DNA of 64,000 nt from a virus: positions 58,177 to 122,176 of the IMG/VR virus record IMGVR_UViG_3300042862_000198, one strand, 5' to 3'. Within the stretch, counting starts at the first letter, position 1. Each line of letters starts with the position of its first letter. Under the pieces are notes generated by a model, which saw only the letters and a program-made list of their open reading frames with translations, searched no databases and had not been told where the DNA came from. The position numbers and the translations under genes are program-made. Positions 9,376-17,800 of this stretch are shown one piece after another.

Positions 9376-12300
9376 ATGAGCTGTAATAACACTAATAGTA
9401 CTTGTACTAATTGTAATCATAACTATAGTAGTTGTAATAACAAATGTGCAAAATGTGGATGTAGAGATAGTTTTTTAACTAGTCCTCCTTCATGCCCTAC
9501 TCCTCAAGGTTGTCCAGATCCAATCCCTTGTCAAGAAGTATTAAGTTCAGATTGTGTTATATACACTGGAGTTCCAATTATGTGTGATGATGTGGTAATT
9601 ATACCATCTGATTCAACTATGACTGAAGCACTTATGGCTCTTGTAGATTTTATGTGTGGATGTTGTGGAACACCACAACCTGCTGTTAGTTATAATTGTC
9701 TTACTGGTGTTTGTTTTGATCCGGGAGATGGTACGGGAATTTATCCAACATTAGCTGCTTGTCAAACTGTATGTACTGAACCAACTCAACCATCTTGGAA
9801 TTGTGTAAATGGTACTTGTATAGATCCAGGAAATGGTTCAGGACAATATTTATCTTTAAGTGCTTGTCAAACTAATTGTATACCAACACCAGTTACTTAT
9901 AATTGTGTGAGTGGTAACTGTGTAAATCCAGGTGATGGTTCAGGTATGTATGGTACTCTTGCTCAATGTCAACAATTTTGTGAAGATGTATATGAATCTT
10001 ATGATTGTCTTAATGGAGTTTGTAGTGATCCAGGAGATGGATCAGGAGTATACCCAACACTACTAGCTTGTGATACTGCTTGTACTTTTCCACCACCTAA
10101 CATTTCTTATAATTGTCTTAATGGTAATTGTACTGATCCGGGTGATGGTTCAGGTGTTTATCCTACATTACTTGATTGTACAAATGTTTGTGCTGATCCA
10201 CCTCAAGTTTCTTATAATTGTTTCTTAGGTCAATGTACAGATCCAGGAAATGGTTCTGGAGTATATCCTACATTATTAGCTTGTCAAACAGCTTGTGTAC
10301 CAATTGCTCCTGTTAGTTATAATTGTGTAAGTGGAAATTGTGTTGATCCTGGTAATGGTTTAGGACTTTATCCTACATTAAATGCATGTGAAGTTGTATG
10401 TAATCCTACTCCACCAATAACACCTTGTAATACAGAATGTGAATTAGCTATAATGGCACCACTTCCAGGAACTACATTAGTGTATAGTGGTTATACTATT
10501 ACTAGTACTAGTAGTTATACTCCTCTTTACTCTTTTAATCCTGCTAATACATTATCTTGTAATTTACAAAATATTTTTAGTGGTGCAGTATGGTTTGATT
10601 GGGGTTTTGGACCACTTTTTCCTGGTGGGCCATTTGTTGATATACCTTTTACTTATACATTAAATTTTAGTTCACCAATTAATAATGTATATATATTTTT
10701 GCTTGGATATAGTGCTGTAGGTGCGCCAAATCCAAATACTCCTGGTGCTGAATCATTTGTATTTACAACAAATGCAGGATTTGTTGATATAACTTGTGCT
10801 GATTATTGTTGCGCTACTATTACTGGTGGAAATACTGTTACAGCAATGAATGGTCCAGGTATTAATTGTCTTCCTGATACATTTTGTATTCCTGGGACCT
10901 GTAATGGTAGTGGTGCTTTTATAATTTCAAGTTCTCTTCCATATACATCTTTAACTATAACAGGATCAGGTGGACAGGCTGGAGTTAATATAGGTTTATG
11001 TGAAGCTCAATTTGGTACATCAAGTACAAGTACAATATATACTACTTTTGATGCTCTTCCTATACCTGCTGTTAGTTATGATTGTGTAGATTGTGAATGT
11101 GTTTCTGTAGCAGGTCCTAGTGGACAATTTCAAACATTAAGAGCTTGTCAAGCTAATGGATGTGAAGCTAATAAATTTGTTACAACATGGGAAACTACTA
11201 CAGCAAGTGAAAGTATTACTTTACCTTATTATTTAGGAGGTAATTACGCAGGTACTATAGATTGGGGAGATGGTAATACAAGTGTTAATAGTTTTGCTAC
11301 TTCTACACATATTTATGCTACTCCAGGAATATACACTGTAACCATATGTGGAAGAATTGCTGGTTGGAATTTTTCAACAACTTCTACTAGTGTTTTAAAA
11401 ATTAAATCAGTAGTAACATGGGGACAATTAACTTTAGGAGCTGATACAGGAGGTTATTTTAATGGTTGTACTAACTTAGATTTAAGTTCAGTTACAGATA
11501 CTTTAGATTTATTTGGTACAGGCATTACTAATTTTCAAAATATGTTTCTTGGTTGTACATCTATTACAACAATTAACAATATAAATTTTTGGGACACTTC
11601 AGCAATTACAAGTATGGGTAGTATGTTTAGTGGTTGTTCATCATTTAATCAACCATTAAGTTTTGATACTTCATTTGTTACTTATATGGTTTTTATGTTC
11701 CGAGATTGCATAGTATTTAATAGTGCATTAACATTTAATACTTTTGCAGTTACTGGTATGAGTGCTATGTTTTATAATTGTTCATTATTTGATCAACCAT
11801 TAAATTTTAACACTTCAGTTGTTACTGATATGGATCAAATGTTTTTTAATTGTATTAATTTTAATTCACCATTAACATTTACAAGTACTTCATTAGTTAC
11901 TGGTATGGGTGCTATGTTTTCTGGTTGCACAGCATTTAATCAAGCATTAAATTTTGATACATCAGCAGTTCAAAATATGAGTGGTATGTTTTCTGGTTGC
12001 ACAGTATTTAATCAACCATTGAATTTTAATACAGGAGCAGTAAATAATATGAATAGTATGTTTTTTAATGCTACATCATTTAATCGACCATTAACTTGGA
12101 ATACAGGATTAGTTGCTACTATGGCTAGTATGTTTATGAATGCTACTGCATTTCAACAAAACATAGGTTCTTGGGATATATCAAGTGTTACTAATTTTAC
12201 AAACTTTATGACAGGTAAAACACCTGCAACATGGCCTACAACATATTTTGATAATCTGTTGTGTGGATGGAGTCCACAAACAGTTGTACCTAGTCTTACA

Positions 12301-12408
12301 ATAAATTTTGGAACAGCTAGTTATACAACTTTAACAGGAGGACCATGCAGAACTGTTTTACAAGCTGCACCAAAACTTTGGACTATAAATAGTGGACCAG
12401 GAGTTTAA
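9376..12408 (+). CDS. Fibre/adhesin-like protein: Cys-rich tandem repeats + PKD-like domain + DUF285/BspA-like repeats
   Basis: Seven tandem SYxCxxGxCxDPGxGxGxYPTLxxCxxxC units plus one displaced unit; IDWGDG...HIYATPGIYTVTI; eight ~24-aa MxxMFxxCxxFNxPLxFxT repeats. Confidence 0.75.
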   Translation: MSCNNTNSTCTNCNHNYSSCNNKCAKCGCRDSFLTSPPSCPTPQGCPDPIPCQEVLSSDCVIYTGVPIMCDDVVIIPSDSTMTEALMALVDFMCGCCGTPQPAVSYNCLTGVCFDPGDGTGIYPTLAACQTVCTEPTQPSWNCVNGTCIDPGNGSGQYLSLSACQTNCIPTPVTYNCVSGNCVNPGDGSGMYGTLAQCQQFCEDVYESYDCLNGVCSDPGDGSGVYPTLLACDTACTFPPPNISYNCLNGNCTDPGDGSGVYPTLLDCTNVCADPPQVSYNCFLGQCTDPGNGSGVYPTLLACQTACVPIAPVSYNCVSGNCVDPGNGLGLYPTLNACEVVCNPTPPITPCNTECELAIMAPLPGTTLVYSGYTITSTSSYTPLYSFNPANTLSCNLQNIFSGAVWFDWGFGPLFPGGPFVDIPFTYTLNFSSPINNVYIFLLGYSAVGAPNPNTPGAESFVFTTNAGFVDITCADYCCATITGGNTVTAMNGPGINCLPDTFCIPGTCNGSGAFIISSSLPYTSLTITGSGGQAGVNIGLCEAQFGTSSTSTIYTTFDALPIPAVSYDCVDCECVSVAGPSGQFQTLRACQANGCEANKFVTTWETTTASESITLPYYLGGNYAGTIDWGDGNTSVNSFATSTHIYATPGIYTVTICGRIAGWNFSTTSTSVLKIKSVVTWGQLTLGADTGGYFNGCTNLDLSSVTDTLDLFGTGITNFQNMFLGCTSITTINNINFWDTSAITSMGSMFSGCSSFNQPLSFDTSFVTYMVFMFRDCIVFNSALTFNTFAVTGMSAMFYNCSLFDQPLNFNTSVVTDMDQMFFNCINFNSPLTFTSTSLVTGMGAMFSGCTAFNQALNFDTSAVQNMSGMFSGCTVFNQPLNFNTGAVNNMNSMFFNATSFNRPLTWNTGLVATMASMFMNATAFQQNIGSWDISSVTNFTNFMTGKTPATWPTTYFDNLLCGWSPQTVVPSLTINFGTASYTTLTGGPCRTVLQAAPKLWTINSGPGV
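9688..10401 (+). repeat. Seven tandem ~33-36-codon Cys-rich coding repeats
   Basis: Recurring TATAATTGT...GATCC(A/G/T)GG(A/T)(G/A)ATGG...TATCC(A/T)ACATTA units. Confidence 0.85.
11575..12210 (+). repeat. DUF285-type ~72-nt coding repeats (8 units); paralogous 4-unit array at about 6214-6550
   Basis: Recurring ATGTTT...TGT/TGC...TTTAATCAACCATTAA(G/A)TTTT. Confidence 0.75.
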
Positions 12409-12450
12409 TATATATTTTAATTAAAATATATTAATTTATATTATAAAGAA

Positions 12451-12516
12451 GTTACAGTTTGTTGGTTACTGTGGCAACAAGACAATACCCTCGCACTTGT
12501 GAGGGTTTTGTTTTTT
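12451..12516 (+). ncRNA. Candidate small structured RNA (hairpin followed by terminator)
   Basis: Relatively GC-rich island in an AT-rich intergenic; stem GTTACAGT/ACTGTGGC with G-U pairs and loop TTGTTGGTT; preceded by TATATTAT (12437-12444). Confidence 0.3.
12479..12516 (+). terminator. Rho-independent terminator
   Basis: ACCCTCGC-ACTT-GTGAGGGT followed by TTTGTTTTTT. Confidence 0.8.
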
Positions 12517-12530
12517 ATACTATCTTTACA

Positions 12531-12562
12531 TTTGTTAATCTCAGTAATTTTTAGTATATTAA
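12531..12562 (+). promoter_or_regulatory. Putative promoter for the IHF/tail operon
   Basis: TTTG(12531)-N20-TATATTAA(12555), 11 nt before the ATG at 12573 and just after a terminator. Confidence 0.5.
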
Positions 12563-12572
12563 TATATAAAGT

Positions 12573-13154
12573 ATGAAAGAATTTAAAAAACCAGATGTTA
12601 AGGCTCCAAGGTTTAGGCCGGAAACAAAGAATATTTTAACTAAAGAATTTTTTATTTTATTTAAAAAGAAATATCCAAAATATAAAACAATTGATAATAT
12701 AGAGTTAAGAAAAATTATAAAAAAATTTAATCAAGTTGTATATCAAACAGTAATTGATAATAGAGATGGTGTACAACTTCCAGAACAAATTGGATGGCTT
12801 TTTATTGGAACATGTCAACAAAGTAAAAAAGAAAATATTGACTATGCAAAATCATTAAAGTATGGATTGAGAGTAAGCAATAAAAATTGGGATTCAGATG
12901 GTAAGTTAGCAAAAATATTTTTTTCTAATCATGCACCAAAACATAAAATTAAGAATAGAGAATTTTGGAGTTTTGTAGCATGTAGAGAATTTAAAAGATC
13001 AGTTGCAAAATCTTATCCTGAAAATTGGCAAATGTATGTAGAAGCTAATCCTCAAACTAAATTACAATATACTTATGGAAGAACTCTATATAAAAATGTA
13101 ATATTAAAAAATACAGAAAAAGAACTTCAAAAATATAATGACTTTGAATTATGA
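12573..13154 (+). CDS. IHF/HU-like DNA-binding protein of crAss-like phages
   Basis: Basic 193-aa protein; ...VIDNRDGVQLPEQIGWLFIG...WSFVACREFKRSVAK follows the HU/IHF pattern; crAss-like phages carry such a gene next to tail genes. Confidence 0.6.
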   Translation: MKEFKKPDVKAPRFRPETKNILTKEFFILFKKKYPKYKTIDNIELRKIIKKFNQVVYQTVIDNRDGVQLPEQIGWLFIGTCQQSKKENIDYAKSLKYGLRVSNKNWDSDGKLAKIFFSNHAPKHKIKNREFWSFVACREFKRSVAKSYPENWQMYVEANPQTKLQYTYGRTLYKNVILKNTEKELQKYNDFEL

Positions 13155-13813
13155 CAACAATTGGTGAAACTATATCAAGAGTAAGAAATACATTAAAAGC
13201 TGTAAAAGAAGATGCTTTTTTAACAGATAGAATAATTTATTCTTCATTATTAAAATATGCACAAACATTAATTAAAAGAGAAGACAATCAATTTAGACTA
13301 ATGAAGATTAGTTCTTTATTTAGAGTTCTTCCTTATATAGAATTAATAGATGTAGATAAAGTAGAAGCTGGTTGTCTTGGAGTATATTCAGGTTGTTATT
13401 TCAAAAGGTCAAAAGAAAAGATTCCGGGAATATTAAATGGAATGGCAGGACCTATTATACGTACTACATCTTCAATAGATGGTACTATAGAAATGTTTAG
13501 AACAGATCCAGGTACCTGGGTTTCTATGACTAAAACTACAACTTGGAAATATAATAGAAATTTTTATTTTTGGTATTTAGATGGTTACATATATTGTCCT
13601 AATGTAGATTGGGAAGCAATAAGAATGGAAGCTATCTTTGAAGGTACCCTTGAAACATGTGATACTAAAGAATGTGAAACAAGACAAAATGAACCTTTCT
13701 CATTACCAGAATATTTATTTTCTGAAGTAGAACAATTTGTAATAAAAGAATTAACTATAACTATGTCAATTCCAACAGATGGACCTGATGATAGTCAAAA
13801 TACACTTAGATAA
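13151..13813 (+). CDS. Tail ring / head-tail connector protein
   Basis: 220 aa, ATGA overlap; YFWYLDGYIY...IRMEAIFE...FSLPEYL; located between IHF-like and tubular genes. Confidence 0.55.
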   Translation: MTTIGETISRVRNTLKAVKEDAFLTDRIIYSSLLKYAQTLIKREDNQFRLMKISSLFRVLPYIELIDVDKVEAGCLGVYSGCYFKRSKEKIPGILNGMAGPIIRTTSSIDGTIEMFRTDPGTWVSMTKTTTWKYNRNFYFWYLDGYIYCPNVDWEAIRMEAIFEGTLETCDTKECETRQNEPFSLPEYLFSEVEQFVIKELTITMSIPTDGPDDSQNTLR

Positions 13814-14868
13814 TGGACTTTAATTATACTTTAAGATACAGAACTTTTGATTCAGTCTTAGAAGATGTATCAATAGACTTTAATACTTTTGCTTTAGAAA
13901 ATATGATAGAGCCTCAACAGCTTATCAAGTTAGCTAAAAAATTAAACTATGATTTAGGTTTGAGAATAAATCAAACTAAAGAAGTTGTATTAGAGGTATG
14001 CCATGGTAAAGTAAAGTTACCAGATGACTTTTATGTATTTAATTATGCATTACTTTGTGGTTCTTATACTGAAAGTGTAGGATACAATGGAATGGTTGGT
14101 GGAACTAACATACAAGAGGTTCCATATGTTGAAACTCCAGCTAATGTTAATGTATGTGCACCTATCACAATTAATTGTTCTACATGTAATTCTAATCCAT
14201 GTAATCATACTGCAGCTTGTCCTACTAATACATGTGCTTCAGAATGCCCCACACCAACTATTCCTACGTCTTTTGATGCACTTAATCCTTCTGGAGATAC
14301 TTGTATAAGGCCAAGAGTTTTTATGAACTGTAAGGGAGAAAAATCTGAACTTATTCAAATAGTAAATACTGGGCAAACAAGAACCTATAGTACACTACTT
14401 CCATTAAGAATGAAAACTAGTCAAGAAATTTCTTGTGACTGTCCAAACTTATATGTAAATACTTTAGATGAAGGTTGGATAAAAGGTGGTTTTTTATTCA
14501 CTACACTAGATACCTGTAAAGTTTATTTAAATTATCAAGGAGCTATGGAAGATGATAATGGAAACTTATTAGTTCCAGATCATGATCTTATAAATGAATA
14601 TTATGAGTATGCTTTTAAATCAAGAATTCTTGAGAACTTATTAATGAATGGTGAAGATGTTTCACAAAGAATGCAGTTAATAGAAGGTAGATTAAAAGCT
14701 GCTAGAAATCAAGCACTTAGTTTAGTTAATACTCCAAACTTTAGTGAACTTGAAGAAATCTGGTGGACAAATAGAAGAGCTATGCATAGTAAATATTATG
14801 ATATGTTTACAAGTCATAGACCAAATAATGAACATCCAAGAAGTTTTAGAAACACAAGAGTTATATAA
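13813..14868 (+). CDS. Tail tubular/ring protein (P22 gp4-like) with Cys-rich insertion
   Basis: VKLPDDF...GGFLFT...VYLNYQGAMEDDNGNLLVPD pattern; immediately precedes the stabilisation protein. Confidence 0.65.
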   Translation: MDFNYTLRYRTFDSVLEDVSIDFNTFALENMIEPQQLIKLAKKLNYDLGLRINQTKEVVLEVCHGKVKLPDDFYVFNYALLCGSYTESVGYNGMVGGTNIQEVPYVETPANVNVCAPITINCSTCNSNPCNHTAACPTNTCASECPTPTIPTSFDALNPSGDTCIRPRVFMNCKGEKSELIQIVNTGQTRTYSTLLPLRMKTSQEISCDCPNLYVNTLDEGWIKGGFLFTTLDTCKVYLNYQGAMEDDNGNLLVPDHDLINEYYEYAFKSRILENLLMNGEDVSQRMQLIEGRLKAARNQALSLVNTPNFSELEEIWWTNRRAMHSKYYDMFTSHRPNNEHPRSFRNTRVI

Positions 14869-14870
14869 AA

Positions 14871-17800
14871 ATGGCAGAGTCAGAAAATTCAGGACAAAGT
14901 ATAACACACACGTTTACTAAAGGATTAAATAAAGATTCAGATCCTACATATGTAAATGAGGGTATGTGGACACATGCCCGTAATGCTGTTAATAATACTT
15001 CTGAAGGTGACTTAGGTACATTATCAAATGAAACATCAAATTATTTATGTGCAATAACAGGTGCAACTATGCAGGCTGCTGTTACAGATATATATATAAT
15101 TGGTTGCATTCAAATATTTTCAGATAAATGGATAATTTTTACAGCTGGTCATGATAATCAGGGTAGACCAATTATGTCTGAGATAGGTTTATTACAAGAA
15201 GAAAGATGTATTTATCAACCTATTGTACAAGATGCTTGTTTAGCCTTTGATAAAAGATTTTTAATATCTGGTGTATCAAGAGAAAAAGAAGATTGTACAT
15301 GGCAAGTATATTGGGCTGATGGATTAAATCCAGATAGATATTTAAATATTGGAGATCCTCAAACTTGGATACCAACATCATATACATATTTTGGTAATTC
15401 TTCAGGTCCATTACTTGTAAACTATTATAGTAATGGTGTAAATCCACCTGAATTATGGCCAGGAGTTGAATGGGATAAATTATGTAGTGATAATGCAGGA
15501 TGTAATCAAACATCTCCGGGAGTATGGCCATTTGGTTGTCCTCCAGTAAATGCTTGTATTACTTGCACACCAGTTAATAGTTTAAACTGTGATAAAATAA
15601 GATTAGCAAGATTTATGACTACACCTTGTCTTAATGTAACTTTAGGAAGTTCTGGAGGTACATTAAGAAATGGAACATACTATGCATGTATAGCTTATAG
15701 TATAAAAGGTCAAAAAGTAACTGATTATTTTTCTGCTAGTAATACTCAACCAGTATGGTCACCTGATGATTTAGAAGGAGCCATAAGAATTTCAATAAAT
15801 GCAGATTCAGAAAATTTTGATGAATTTATTTTAGTAGTTGTACAAATTATTAATCAAGGAGCTGTTGCTAAACAAATTGGTTTTTATTCTACTAATACTA
15901 CAGTAGTTGAGTTAGATCAAATTAAAGAAGATTTGATTACTGTACCAATTGGTTTTTTACCAATACAAACTCCTATATTTGAAAAATCAGATCAGATATC
16001 AGAAGTAAATAATTATTTATTAAGAGTTGGTCCAACATCAAAACTTGATTTTAATTATCAACCACTAGCAAATTTAATTACTTCTAAGTGGGCTTCAGTT
16101 GAATATCCAGGAAATTATTATGTTAAAGGTGGTGGAAAAGGATCTTATTTAAGAGATGAAGTATATGCTTTTTTTATTAGATGGATTTATGATACTGGTG
16201 ATAAATCATCTTCATATCATATTCCTGGAAGAATTCCTAGTACTTATAATAATATTATTGAAACAGCAGTTTTATCTAATGCTAATCCAGCAAATATAAA
16301 TAGTTTAACACCTGATGATGAGTTATATGAAGTTTTTAATACAGCATCACAAACAGCAACTCCAGGTACTGTTTTAGATGATGGAGGTAGAGTAATTGCT
16401 GTTGGAAATATGGCTTATTGGGAATCTAATGAAAAATATCCTGATAAAAAACCTGATATATGGAATTCAACTTCACAGTGTTGGACTCCTCTTACAATTG
16501 ATCCTTTAACAGGTTTACCAACTACGGCATTTGATTTATGTGGAAAAAACATAAGACATCATAAATTTCCAGATAATGCTTTAAATATTAATACTTATCA
16601 TTTTTTAGCAAATCCTGCAACAGCTACTCAAAATAATGATAATCAAATTAGACTCATGGGAGTTTATTTTGAAAACATTACTTATCCAAAAGATAATGAA
16701 GGAAATGATATTCCAGGAATAGTTGGTTATGAAATACTAAGAGGTTCAAGAGAAGGTAACAAATCTATTATTGCAAAAGGTATGTTAAATAATCTTAGAA
16801 CATTTGCAATAAAAGGATCTAATGCTGCAACAGCAACAACTGGTTTATATCCTAATTATCCATTTAATACTATTACACCACCAAGTGCTTCTATTGGAGG
16901 AAATGTTGGTGCTCAAAATGATCCATATATTAGAATACCTCAAACTCCTGGTGCTCAAAAACCAAGTAGTGGTATTATAAATCAATCTGTACCAAGTGAT
17001 ATGATGACTTTTCATTCACCTGATACAATGTTTAGAACACCTTTTTTATCAGTTACTGAATTAAAACTATATGGTCAATTAAGAGGAACTTCTCAACATC
17101 AATTTCTTACTCCAAGTGATCATCCACAATTTAAATTATTAAGTGATACATCAACAATAGTTATGATTGTAGGTGGTATTATTGAAGCTATACTATCAAA
17201 TATTGGAAGAACAGAACAAACAATTGATTCTCCATTTTTAGGTGAAACTATAACAGGAGGTACTACTGTGCCATCTGTTGGTAATGCTGCTTATGCCCCT
17301 CTTGAAGCGGCATATGAACTTAGATTAGGTGATCCAACAACAGCAAATCCATTATCATTGTTGGGATATTTTAATGCAGCTGGTGGAGTAGCTGATTTTA
17401 CAACTTTAGGATTAACTAGTATAACTTCAAGAACAAATATTTTTAATACAGCTACGGCTGCTATTCCAGGTGTTATATCACAAAAAAGAAGTTATAAAAA
17501 TGATTTAGGAGATAGACAAGTACTTGGTAGAGTTGGTAGTGTTGCATTTAATGCTATTGGAAAATTTACTTATTATTTTGCTAAAGGAGCAGATACATCT
17601 AAAAAATTAATATTGTTATTTGTAAAATATAAACAATATGCATTACAAAGTGTTGCTCATGGTTTTTATGGAAATTTTGTTCCTGAACCTGCTGCAAATA
17701 TTTTTAGATATAGTATAGAAGATGCTTTTTATATTAGAGATACTATACAGGAAGTTCCAAGATATCAAAGTACTATTACTGGTCTTTCTCAATCATATAG

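Noticed and set aside
9688-10401. CRISPR array
   Set aside because: Repeats are degenerate, in-frame and protein-coding, with no unique spacers or cas genes.
5770-12414. Diversity-generating retroelement TR/VR pair
   Set aside because: The paralogous tips differ at all base types and by indels rather than only at adenines, and there is no reverse transcriptase in the window.
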